DNA of 64,000 nt from Takakia lepidozioides. Its lineage: Eukaryota > Plantae > Bryophyta. The stretch spans positions 8,494,001 through 8,558,000 of the forward strand of contig CM060732.1 in the NCBI GenBank assembly GCA_030704615.1, read 5' to 3'. The notes under the pieces are model-generated. The model searched no databases and was not told where the DNA came from. It saw nothing but the letters and a program-made list of their open reading frames with translations. Position 1 is the stretch's first letter. The number at the start of each line of letters is the position of its first letter. This document shows, piece by piece, positions 25,986 to 38,100 of the stretch. The position numbers were made by a program, and so were the translations under genes.

Positions 25986-28900
25986 GTTTTCTCTTCCGCT
26001 GCAGCCTGGGATGACCCGCACATGTTCGCCAAACTCCTGGATCCCGAGCTCATTCAAAAATCCATGGCTAAAACAGACCGGACATGGTATCGGCTCACAT
26101 GGATGGAATGGTAGAGGTAGTATACGAAGTAAGTCGTCCTCCTATTTTCCTCTCCTGATCCTTCCCCAATTTCCAGTCATCTGTCCAAATGTGTCGAATG
26201 TAATGCTACTGCATCTTGTTCTTTGCAGTCAAACATCAAGCTGGATTTGGCCCATGTCAAGCACTTCTTCATGGAAAGTGAGGGGCAGCCCAAAACATTG
26301 CAGGCATTGACCGACCACTTGAAGGAAGCCGGGGTGAAGTCCAGAATCAAATACAAGTCAAAAGCTTGTGAAGCTAGTGGCCATTGCAGATCCGGCTCTT
26401 GGGAAGGACTTCATCCCCGAGATTGCAAAACATTATTTGCGGGCCATAAACCCGACCATCAGTTGTCTCAACCGCATGTGTGGATGCAAAGGAAAAGGTG
26501 AGGTTGCAGTCAATTGCATTTCCGTGGATGTGTGGCTCAACCGCATGACTTGGTGGTTCCAGGTAATTCAAGGTATTTCCCTCCATTTCCAGTACTGGCA
26601 TGAATTCCATGAACTGGTGAGTGACAATGGATGCTGTAAACGTAGGTAATGATGAATGCGAAGGAGCAAGTGGGCCTCCACACAAATTCGTTCGAGTTGT
26701 ACGTAAAATGGGATGGAACACAGACATTGGAAGAGTATGTAACATGTTTCAGATGTGCGTACAAGGACTCCCTCTTTGCCAGGGAGCTGCAGACAGCAAG
26801 AAGGAGCGTGGAGTTCACACATCAGGAGGGGGCGGGGAAAGCAGCTATGCGAATTGTTTACAGGTAACCACAGCCAACATTGTATGCAAAACCTGGGATA
26901 TGGTGCCTGGGAAATACGGCACCGCATACTTTGTGTTTTGGGTTGCACTATGCGAACACATTGTTCAAAACCTGTACTGACACATGTGATGTGTGTTGCA
27001 GGTATATGAAATACGTCCTACTTAAGACATGGGCCCTGGAGCGCGAGCCTCCGTTCTTCATGGCTTGGAGCACTCTGGGTGCAAGCTGTGTCTACACACC
27101 AGAGATTCAGAAACAATGGCATGCCTCACATTTCACTAGTTGCCCCTGTACCTGGACATGTTGGGCGGACTTGTTGACGAATCGGAGAAAGAACTGTACG
27201 CGAAAGCGAAGGACTAGAAGAGAAGGAAAAAGCGTGTCCCTGGTGGGCCGGAAAGGCAAAGGACGCTGCTGCTTTGGAAGAATCCAGAAAGGCAGCTGAG
27301 ATGGCACAGAAGATGGTGGATGCGGCTGTGCAGACTCTACAGAAGGGGTCGAAGAAGAGGACCCGCCAGCAAGGGCAGTTGTGACACCAAAGAAGACGAA
27401 GAAGCAGAAACAGAAAGAGCCTAGGAAGAGGCTGAAGACGAGGGCGAAGATGGGGACTTTGCAACCAGCCCACCCGGAGAAACCCAGCCGAAATCCCCTG
27501 TGGCCGCCGTTGTTACAAAAGGCACGAGAACTGGCTCAGCAAAGAAGGCACTCTTCAAACCCCCGAGGGGGCACCCCTTTGAGCCAGTGGAAATGAAGAG
27601 GCCGAAAGTGGAGCCAGAAACAATAGTAGATTGTGCCAATGAGAGTTTTTTGGCGTCATTGGATGGGCGGGCCACCAAGTTGGCACACATCAAGCAAATG
27701 GAGGGGCTGAATGGCAAAACACTGAAGAAGGCGGCTGCAGAAGAGCCTTCCGACACCCCTGGGTTTCTAAAGATGGTGGAGTTCTTTGAGAGGACAAGTG
27801 CAGGGAAGGATTGCAGGAGGGGTGGAAAGCAGACCGAGTGGTCTTGCGATATGATCATCTTGGATATTCCGAATGGAGAGCCTGTGGAAGGACTGGATGT
27901 TGTGCCATCTTGGAACAGGTACTCCGAGGACTTTCGGAAAAAAGGATTTGAACTAGCCCGCATGGTGTTGGACGACAGAGGGTGTGTGGTTGTCCTAGCC
28001 AGCAAAGGCAAAAACACAGAGGCAGGAATTGCGAAGTGGACCCGCAAGAGTGCCGTCCCAATTCTGAAGAAGAAGTGGGCGTGCATCAACACATTGGGCC
28101 TTCACTTGGAAGGGAGGATGGTAATTACCACATTGGCAACCCTGGTGGCATTTTGTAAGCTGATTTGAAATGCGGTGCCGAATTCACATTCTGATCGTTT
28201 TCCACTGTGTTTGCAGACGAAGCAGTTCGATGCCTACTGCTTTGTGAAGGAGAACTCGACCTTTGCTTTCCAGAAGGATGGATTGTTGGTTGACCCCAAC
28301 TGCGACCACATCGATTACGACGCCCTGTTCAACAACGCTACCACGGAACTCCTCCCTCCTTGCCTTACTTCAATGGATCCCCTGCGGTATTCACGGATTC
28401 GGAGCCCTGCCTTCATCCAGACCATTATGGAGACATGCAGCTCGCTGGAGGGCAGAGTGCTCGACCTCATCTGTGGAACAGGTATGCAAGTTTTGGTACT
28501 TCTCTGATTTTGAAATTTTCAATTTGTTCAGATTCTCCATTTCTTAAGGGCCATGTGTTAATAATGAGTGGATGTCCTTGTCTCAGGTGCCTCAATGTGG
28601 GCTGGCCGATTTTCCGACCGGCACGTCTTTTCCTTCGAGGAGGACAGATCCGTGTGGGGATCCCATCTGGAAGGGCTTCAACGAAATGTGAAGGCTGCCA
28701 TCGCAGCCAGTGACTCCTCGGAGGATTCCTCGGACTTGGAGGAAGAGACAGTGGACATTGATGCTGAGGAGAACCCAAAATATGAGTGAGTGGAATCATT
28801 GTAAGTTTGCAAAGCCTTCTGGATCATTCTTTCTTTCACGTCAATGCCGGATTGTGGTTCTCATTGGTCTGGGAAACTGATTATTATGTGCAGGGAGGGA

Positions 28901-29300
28901 GAATGTCCCGTTCTTTGCCAGGTCGGGCATCCTGAAGAGCCCAGTGAAGGACTACTACCTTCCTAGTTATGCAGCTAAGCTTGCAAAGATAGCGATTAGA
29001 CGATGTGAGAATCCCAATAAAGTAGAGCTGATTTTGGATAGGGCTAGGGAGGAGAGAAGGAAGCGGAGAGAGTTGGCTACAGCTCAGACCCGGAAATGCG
29101 TGTGGAAGTATGTATGTGATTCTGTGGAAGAGAACGACGCAGACAAGGAGGACGACGACCCAATGGAGGTCAGATGGTCAGTTCCTGGATCTTCAAAAGC
29201 GTAGCCAACGATCAGTCCGCTGGACATGACAAAGAAGCAGAGGGGGTGGAAGGAGAGCAGGACAGTCAAGGACAGGATGAAGAGAGTGATGATGATCTCC
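25986..29300 (+). pseudogene. Spliced gene for a large protein with a C-terminal beta-class DNA N6-adenine/N4-cytosine methyltransferase-like domain (5' truncated, frameshifted)
   Basis: Motif IV-like CDMIILDIPNG (DIPN at 27863-27874)...VPSWN...ARMVLDDRGCVVV. After GT-AG introns 28121-28216 and 28482-28586 it reads in frame RSPAFIQTIMETCSSLEGRVLDLICGTG/ASMWAGRFSDRHVFSFEED (motifs X, I, II). Motif IV precedes motif I, the beta-class order. Upstream exons have stops and frameshifts. Confidence 0.75.
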
Positions 29301-29454
29301 AAGATGGGTAGAAATTTAAATAAGTCTTTGTACATTTTAATTCTCTTCCTGAATATATAAAGGAATTTTTTTTCAGTTGAGGTCGCCTCGCCCCTGTGCT
29401 TCTAAATGACACCACCTCTGCAACCACCTCCATCCCAAAACCGGAAACAAAAAA

Positions 29455-29890
29455 ATGGAAATGCAACCGCATTTCCATAAGCGGCATGGAAATTTCTCCA
29501 TTTCCTGTGGCGGGCACGGTAATAAGGCACCGCAAATTGACGGGCGGAATGGAGATGCGGTGCCGCATTTCTATGTCCAATAGGGAATTTCCATGTCGGA
29601 TATGGAAATGCGGGGCCGCATTTCCATAACGAAATATGCAAATGCAGTGCCACATTTCCATGTCCAATATGGAAATGCGGTGCCGCATTTCCAATTTGAA
29701 GTATGGAAATGCCATGTGAACGCAGCCATTTCCGTTCTAGAGACTGAAATGCGGCACCGCATTTCCGTTGCGACCTGCACATCAGAGGTGAAGCTACCGG
29801 ACATAAATGTAGGGGAACAAAGGAAATGCGGTGCCGCGTTTCCCAACTTGGGCATGTACAACTTTCCGTTTCTGCAAAGACGCATTTCCC
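29455..29890. repeat. Cluster of 22-bp palindromes GGAAATGCGG(T/C)GCCGCATTTCC
   Basis: About 8 full or degenerate copies, e.g. 29551, 29603, 29671, 29746, 29822. Confidence 0.9.
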
Positions 29891-30123
29891 TCGACCTGAT
29901 GACTTTGATATCGCGCTTCTAGTGATTGATGTGGGGAGAGAGATTGTACAAATGACAAATTCTCAACAGTGGGCCAAAAAGAGCAGTGCATAGAATACAA
30001 TAAAACTGAAGATGCACAATACACAGAAGTGAGGGCACGATGGGTTGTTTTATTGATCGAACACGGTGTCTCACATTAGGCAAGTCCAAACAAATCTAAA
30101 CCCTTTCGCCTTTTACATGGGCG

Positions 30124-31047
30124 TCACCACGTTGACGGAACTTCGATAGCCCTGAAAACGAGCTCATTAGTGACGCGGTGCCTCCACGTAAACTGCATTG
30201 CAGCCTTGTTGGTGCCCTTGGTGGAGCTGACGACAATGTCATGCCCATCAATGATACCACCATCATACATTGACAGGGTCACTTTGGGCCTCATGTGCCC
30301 GTGCGATTCGTCCTCGAAACTCATTGCCCATCAGTTTTGTTTCCGCCCTTCAGTGGTTGAAATGGAGAGTGGGCCTTACAGGGTCACTGACGTGCATACC
30401 CATATGGCACATATGCTGTACAGGATGAGGAAAAGTACTAATGGGATGTATTGGCATGGGTGTTAGGACCCTTATTTTTGCTTACAGATGACTTCTGTGA
30501 CACTGACTAGGTATTCACGGTAACCATCATGTCCTCACGACCTTCCTCCAGCAACCTCGTGAAAACATAGTGCACTTGGTGGCGGTTCTGATCGAAGTAC
30601 ACCACCACCTCGTCTTCCTCCAACTCTTCGACCCCATTGTAGAAATGGATCGAAACGGAGTGCTCGGCACGTCCGTTCAAGTCCTCACCCCTGATCCAAA
30701 CATCCCCAAATGATGATGGGTCCGCACAGTACTCCCGGTTGAATTGCATGGAGATGATATCAACAAACACCCACTGACAACACCTCCACTCATGTAACGT
30801 TGCAACACGCCATCTATCTGGGTCCTCGGAAAGCGGGAAGTCCGTGTGCCCGATCCGCACGTTCCAGAGTCGCCAAATATCACTACGCAGCTGGCCTCCC
30901 CACCTGTTCAGCAGATCCCCCTCCACTCGTGGACATGTATGGACACTTGGTGTTCAGGTGGCTCATCACTGAAAAGTGGACCAGGACATAGCAAGACAGC
31001 AATGTCGCCAACCCGGGCAGAGTAACCTCCATCCTGTTGAAGCCCAT
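30124..31047 (-). pseudogene. Orphan gene(s) between the two palindrome clusters
   Basis: ATG at 31047 (MGFNRMEVTL...), frameshift near 30920 into the 139-aa ORF 30926-30507 (Trp-rich, acidic), then ORF 30324-30124. No domain recognised. Confidence 0.45.
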
Positions 31048-31199
31048 GGCAACCTTCTCGACCACACGCCATAGAAACGATGGAAAGAATGAGAAAATAA
31101 GCGGCGGAAGGGGAAATGGGGATTGTGAAGAAAAGCCGCACAGTAGGAACGAACTATATACAGTCCGGGGGGAGGATGATAGGCAATAGCGACCCCCCC

Positions 31200-31420
31200 G
31201 GATGGAAATGCAGCGCCATATTTCCATCCGGTGGGTGTCAAGGATGAAACCTTCTTGGGGGGAGAGAAGCACAGATTGCACCCAACTTGAGGACCCCCGG
31301 ATGGAAATGCGGCGCCGAATTTCCATCCAGGGTGAGTTGGATGAAATGGTGTCGGGGGAACAGTCGGCCACCTGGCACCGAAGTCCATCCCCTTGGATGG
31401 AAATTCGGCGCCACATTACA
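31200..31420. repeat. Second cluster of the same palindrome (GATGGAAATGCGGCGCCGAATTTCCATC)
   Basis: Copies at ~31201, ~31300 and ~31396, between divergent orphan ORFs. Confidence 0.85.
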
Positions 31421-31729
31421 TCCAAGGGGAGTTGGATGAAGTCGTTTCGAGGGGCGATAGGCCCACCTGGCAAACCGGGTGAGACTTACGGCGCATAGTT
31501 TGCATGGTACGGATGGAAACTGAAATTGCTACATTCATGGAGCCGCCAATCTTCATCCGTGCAAGTTCCTGTGAGGGGGAAATTTCAATCTACCCTGGAG
31601 TATAAGTCACGAAGGGCAACGTTTGCAAACTCATTGTCACCTCCTTGCACAGCTTCCTACCTCCGCACTGCTGCCTTCTGCATCCAGAAGCTGTTGTCAT
31701 TCAGCGTCCTCCGCTACTCTTTTGCAAGG

Positions 31730-32111
31730 ATGTCGTGCCACCGCAATCCTGCTGACTGCCCTTATCATGGCCACAATTATGCGATGTTCAAACCGAAATC
31801 AGGAGACATCATTTGTCTGGCTCACTGTTTTCACTGACGCTTCTGGAGTCAAGCGGGAGTCATTGCGCGCAATGGAGTATTTGGAGGACTATTACCGCTT
31901 TGAGCGGGGTGAGGGTGAGAGTCAATGCGGTCCGTGGGTGCTACAAATTGTTGACCTCGATATACCCAGGTGGAATGGGAAGCCGGACAGATCATGCTGT
32001 CCATGCTTTGGCGCTGGAACTGCTGCCAGTGGACCAGGGAGGACTACACTGGGGAGAACTTTATTCGTCGAGTTCACTCCGTTTTTGCAGTGTATGGGGA
32101 CACACATGTAA
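31730..32111 (+). pseudogene. Small Cys/His-containing orphan ORF, frameshifted
   Basis: MSCHRNPADCPYHGHNYAMFKPKSGDIICLAH, then a shift to DASGVKRESLRAMEYLEDYYRF...DRSCCPCF. Abuts the ParB fragment tail to tail. Confidence 0.35.
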
Positions 32112-32438
32112 TGCCAGCCACTTTGCTTGGCATGGTTCTGCTTGATGTACTCCCACCATGCAAGAAGACGATGATTCCCGTCCCCGACAAAAAACATTTT
32201 TCCCGACATAGGCCCGAAGTCTGGATCACCCTTCAGCATTGTCTCGAATTCTTCGTTGCGAGTGTGCCAGTGGGGATCCATGCTGACAATTCTTCCGCTG
32301 TGGGCCCACGAGTTTCACCGTCCTCATTCTCAATAGAAACGTAGAAGGCGGGAGAACCTAGACGATACCCTTTTTGAAATGCAGACTTCAGCTTATCCAC
32401 TGGAAGAGCCTGCCTGACGATGGGGAGGGAGACCATGC
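32107..32438 (-). pseudogene. ParB/Sulfiredoxin-fold (ParBc-like) domain fragment
   Basis: RMVSLPIVRQALPVDKLKSAFQKGY...FYVS...LSAW/DPHW...KMFFVGDGNHRLLAWWEYI...WHY. DGNHR at 32168-32182 follows a hydrophobic strand. One frameshift near 32278. Confidence 0.75.
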
Positions 32439-33280
32439 GAGTGCAGCCAACCGTGTTGAGCTCCGGTGCGCTATTCGCCATCTTCGGGACTGAGGCCTGT
32501 ACACTGCTGCCAAATGGTAAGTCTCCTCTTTTTTTCTGGATTTTGTGAATCTTGCCTTGAAAAACGATATTTATATATTGCTTCTCATTTTTTGAATAAT
32601 TGGGAGTTTAAGGCTCACGAGCCAGGCAATGGGCCCCATGCACGGATGTTGGGTGCCCCCGCGACCACCCGACGGGTCTGGGTCTGCTCGAGGGTAGGGT
32701 TTGCTCACTGTTGGCAGGTCAGGTCTGCTCGCGGGTCTTGGGTCCAACTGAATGGTCTGCTCGTCGTGCCGCAGCCCGCCCGCGAGACTTAGAATTTTTT
32801 GCGGGAAAACTCGCCCATCAAAAAGGAGGGTCATTAATACACGTGCAATGCCAGCCGAAACCATCATTAATGCACATTTGGCGCAGCCAGAGTTAAACCC
32901 ACGACCTCGTAGGTAGAAAACAACCGCAGTCAGCCCCAATGCCGGCTAGGGTCAGGGCCTGCGGACCCTACCTCGCGGCAGACCATACTTGGTGGCAGAC
33001 CCATCCTCGCAGTAGACCCACCCGGGCCGGGTCATGGGTTGCGGTGGGGCCACCTAGGGGCGCCCGACGTCTGTGCATGGGGCCCGCTGCCTGGCTCACA
33101 CGTGAGCCGTAAACTCCCAATTATTCAACAATGAGAAGCAATATATAAATATCGTTTGTCAAGGCAAGATTCACAAAATCTAGAAAAAAGGAGGAGACTT
33201 ACCATTTGGCAGCAGTGTACAGGCCTCGGTCCCGAAGATGGCGTATAGCGCACCGGAGCTCAACACAGTTGATTGCAGTC
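32439..33280. mobile_element. Foldback/MITE-like element (~840 bp) with long inverted arms
   Basis: 32439 to ~32760 is an imperfect reverse complement of ~32960-33280 (e.g. GTGTTGAGCTCCGGTGCGCTAT...CAAATGGTAAGTCTCCTC). Flanks CCATGCG / CCCTGCG resemble a mutated TSD. Confidence 0.8.
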
Positions 33281-33589
33281 CCTGCGGTCGCCATGAGGAA
33301 AGAGTATCAGCCATGCCGCACAGTTCTTCCCTTCATATCCAAACTTCCAGGCGTGTGTCCCTCCTGGTTCTCAAACTTGCAAGAGAGACCAGCACAACTG
33401 CTCATCTAGTCGTCAATTGTTTTTCTCTCAAAGAGTTAACAAAACAACATTAAGGAAAATAGCATTACAAAGGATGCGGGAGCTTTACAAATCCTACTAG
33501 TAATAGGGAGAGACTTTCGGTTGAGAGAGTTCAAAATGGCATGAGGAAGACCGCAATCTACTGACAAGTCGCTACAGTATCCATTGTGT

Positions 33590-33963
33590 ATAGGGTAAGT
33601 CCCCCACCCGAGGGTGTACCGCGGTGTGAGGGGAGTGACCGCCCTCGGTCACGACACGAATACTAAGGTACTTGCCCGATGGTGGGGGACTTACATTGCG
33701 TAAAGACATAGGGTTTCTTTCCCGTTTCTTTTCGCTGTGGACGGCTCAGATTGTGGCATATAACATAAAAGATGAGATTGTAAGGAAAAGATGGCGTGCA
33801 TAATCTCCCACGGGACCTTACGCACAATCTCCCACGGGACATTACACGTAAGATCCCCCGGCCCGCGTAATATCCCCCGCTTACTATTGACGCGACATTT
33901 CGCCAGGTAAGCTCCCTGAAAATACAAAGAGAAAAAACCCGTAGGTTTTTACGTATCTATACC
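33590..33963. repeat. Small hairpin-rich, non-coding element
   Basis: Perfect 14-bp inverted repeat GTAAGTCCCCCACC (33595) / GGTGGGGGACTTAC (33681-33694). Imperfect inverted repeat ~33699-33722 vs ~33928-33954. Internal tandem AATCTCCCACGGGAC x2. Confidence 0.5.
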
Positions 33964-35109
33964 TAAACCTCAAAGTTGCTTTGGACCTATTTTGGTGAAG
34001 GTAAAAACCAAAAACCATACATAAGGGAACATGCAAGCAATCTTTCTATGGGAAAGTGGCCTTCTTCTTGTTCAGAAATGCTTCAGATTGGTTCAGACTG
34101 TCTTGCACCATAAGCATTTGATCGGTCATACACGATGCTAATGCTGTGATTAGGTCTGGTGATGAATCATCTACAGCTTTCCAAACATTATGCTTTTGCA
34201 TTCATACAGAACAGAAAAATGTGCTGCTTCACGGGGTCAATAGAGTTGCAGGAATGAAATTGAGGTCCGTGTTGAATGAACGTTGTCTTGTGATTTGCAT
34301 CTCTACTAGACTTGTCACAACTGAAGGCCTCCAACAATACAAAGCCAGAGAACTAAAGCGCACCGACACTGTGTCATGCAAAGCTTGAGTGCCAGCACTG
34401 AAAATTGTGAGCTCACGTTGCGTTTGTGATCAATGAGATTACTCTGCAATACAGAAATTGCTTGGCGCGGATGCTACATTTCTGTGCTACATAGATTTTA
34501 ATGTAGACGCTATGCCCTGATTGCAGCAAGCATAAACCCTTCATGTACATAATCCGACCAGGGTAGTACATCTGACCTCGATAAGTGTAGTGGTCCTAAT
34601 GGCTGAAGGACGGTTTCATCATCCTAACACAATTTTACCGTTTCAGGATCTCCTGTGACCCGTTTTTTGCAGAAACTACGAAGATAAAATCCACGCTGTC
34701 CATTATCAAATTTTTTCGTTCTATCCCCTGTGGTGGGCAGAGGGTAAATGGCATTGATGTGCCTTCCAGAAATGTCTTCCTCCTTCCTCAGTTGCTTCGA
34801 GCTACATGCCATTGTGTGCAGATGAGACTACAATTGGCTTCAAAGATTGTGTATCCAAGATTGTGTATTCATGCCCTGGCAATCACAGTGCGGAAGATAC
34901 ACATTTTGGGCACACTAGCAAGGCAGCTCCATTACTAGAATTCTATGAATCTGTTCAATATGCTAATGTGCAGGTTATAATCCCAGATAACTTCCTTTAA
35001 TGCCTTCTGCGGTTCAAATTAGCATGTGAAATCCAAGTATCTTCCGAAAATTGCGAAGGCTCCAATGCCAGGTTCAAATGAATATGTGGTACTTGCTAGA
35101 CTGACAACT

Positions 35110-38100
35110 CTATAGTTCGTCTTTGAGTGACTCTCCAGAGTTCTCAGTGTGCTCTGCTAGATCTGCATCTGGAGCAGAATCCTCTTTCTCCATCACATCA
35201 TCAAAATTTGTGCCATCCTCATCAAAATTGATACCCTCCTGGGAAAAACCAAGACAGCAATCTCCAGGATCAGATCCTTCATCAACCTTTGCTGTCTAGA
35301 CCATGTTCATGAACTCTTCTACTCTGTATCAATGGAGGATGTTTCTAAAACCATCGGAGATTTTTCTTAGGAATTTAATGTCAATACAAGAAGACCAATT
35401 CCCCACTTTCCATTCAGTAACACCACAGTTTGTCACATGGAACATGATTCTTCATGATTACCTCCCCATACTACATAAGTTATCTGAGTTTCCATTGGGA
35501 TGCTCATCTAGGCGCACTTATAGGACTCGACAAACATACAGCCATTCCAGACAAAACAACAACAGCAAACTTCAAAACCTTACCTCATCTATATTGAAGT
35601 CTGACTCGTTCACAGTCTCGTCTGAAGTATTCTCAGATTCCTCGGATTCATCCTCGGCCTCAACCTCGGCATCTGGGCTAACATTCAAGTTAGACTTGAT
35701 GACAGAATAAATGCGTGAGGCAAAGTCCTTGGGATCTTCCAGGATGAAGCCACTCTCCAACAATGCTGTTTCAAAGATAAGTTTTGCAGCTTGCTTGGCA
35801 CTGTCATCCTGCACATTAAGTCCCCCACATGGATGAGTATTTGGTAGATTATGCGCACAATCACAACCACAGCTACATTGAGTGATTGTGGGAATACCAT
35901 AATCTGAAAGGCCTCCGGGCATGTGCTTCTTCTAGAACAAGGTGCAAGGGAGAGGTATACTCATTGCTGTGTATACTGACTAAGATATCTTATTTTTTGG
36001 TACATGTTTCTCACAGGATAATAAATCTTGCTGTAGCAAGTCATAGGGTTCTGCCGCACCATAATATGACAACTCTCAGCGAGGCACTCTCAGAGAGGCT
36101 GAAAAGTAAATACACTAACCCTCTTCACACCATGACCAGAAGCAAGATTTTGATGATCAAGAACAAAGAGCAGGCCCACCTCATACATCACAGAAAGTCA
36201 ACTGTCTCAACTCCTTGTTAACGATAAGACAAGGAAAGTGAAAGATGGTAGGAACAAGACATCAACATCACAAACTGCATCAATCAAACATACAAGCTGG
36301 TGCAAGTACCTCGGAACTCAACGCAACTTTCTCACGAAGCTCCTTAATGATGGGGTGCCTGGGATTGATTTCCAAAATCCGCTTGCCACGCATGTAGGAC
36401 TGCTTGCTAGGGTCTGACAGTGTCTGAGCTTGCATGATCCTCTCCATGTTGGCCGACCACCCATACTTCGAGGTCACCACTACACCAGGAGTGTCTGCAA
36501 GCCGGTTGCTCACCTGAGCCCAGGTACAAAATAAACTTGAGGTCAGGTTTGGATCTTTTTCCACTCTCCCTTTCCATTCCCCTCCACCTTCCTTAACCCT
36601 CCTTTTTTTGTACATCACCAACAATCTTGCCGAACCTGCTCAGTATCAAGAACATTGAGACAGCTTTTTCATCTCCCTGTTGTGGTGAGATCACTGTAAT
36701 CAACTCTTCCTGCAGAAAGTAATTTCCTGCCCAGTCTAAGGCTGAAGCTGCCAATGCTAATTACAACTACCAGATTACCTTTACAGACTCCACATTTTCG
36801 CTGGCAAGCAAGTCTTTCCACCACTTGGTCAGTTCCTTGAAGGACTCTTTAACCGCCTTGAACTTTGCCTTCTCACCCTTGCTTCCTATCTTGAGATCAT
36901 CCTTTGAGGCATTCTGAAACTTTTTGTCCTCGTATTCAGTCAAGTTCTGTGTCAAGTACTCATCGAGGGGATCTGTCAAGTACATGACCTGCAAGAGCAA
37001 CATCACAAAGTAGAGCTTAAGTCCCCAGAAGTTTTCTATTTCACATAGGAAATTCAAGAATATAGTTACGGTAATTAAACTGGGCGCAGGTAAAATATGT
37101 ACTGTACATACCTCATAGCCCTTCTTCAAAAGCTTTTCCAAAAATGGAGATTTCTCCAGCTGTTTCTTATCCTGACCAGTGATGTAGTAAATCTGCTTCT
37201 GCCCAGGTTTCATTTGTGATATGTACTGGTCCAATGATGTCAGATTGTCACCTGACTTGGAACTGCACATAACCTCAATTGAAAATGCTTCAGAAACAAT
37301 TTCTTAGCACCACTTTAAATGCACACTGGACGCAATTAATGCAGACCCTACCTTGCCAAGCCTTTCCTAGCTCAAGGGCTACACTCTCACAGCTAAACTC
37401 CTGTCATGATTAGTTACACCATATAAGAGTATGAACACCTCACACACTCAGTGAAGTACTTACCCCTGTCAAGCTCCAGGCTCCGACTGTCACAGCTCAC
37501 CTTCCATAATCATTTGCGTTACTAGCTCAAGGAACTACAAAAAGTGTCAACATTGGACTAGAACAGAAGTGAACATTTCGGAAGAGAGCCCAAGAAGTAC
37601 CTATAAAATCGAAGAAGCTTAGCAAGGCGCACACGGTTTGTAGCATCTTCAATAATACCAAGCTTGATTGCTTTCCCAAACTCGTTCCAAAACTTCACAT
37701 ACTTTCCCTTCTTCTCAATGGTGTCCTCCTCCTTGTCTGCTGCCTTGTCCTCTGTCTCCTCACCTACAGGAAGATTGAAGAGGAGATAAATATCATCATC
37801 TCTGCAGGTAACTGCTGTAGAGGAGGCTCGGTTCTGGAGTATCTTTGAGTCTTAAGTGACACAAATTCGGTTAGAAATAATCAAGTTGCACTGTCACACA
37901 TATCCGGGTTACAGCTTTAGTCTGAGTAGCTCATAGGACAAGCTGAACTGGGAGCATGGAAGGAGTGGTGGACCAGGCTGAAACTTGTAGACAGTATGGT
38001 GGTAACAGCCAAACAATCCAAGTTGAGCACATTCTAGGGAGTTGCTACTAGTTTCCTCCCACCTATATTGTTGATCAGACATCAAATATCACCCAAAAAC

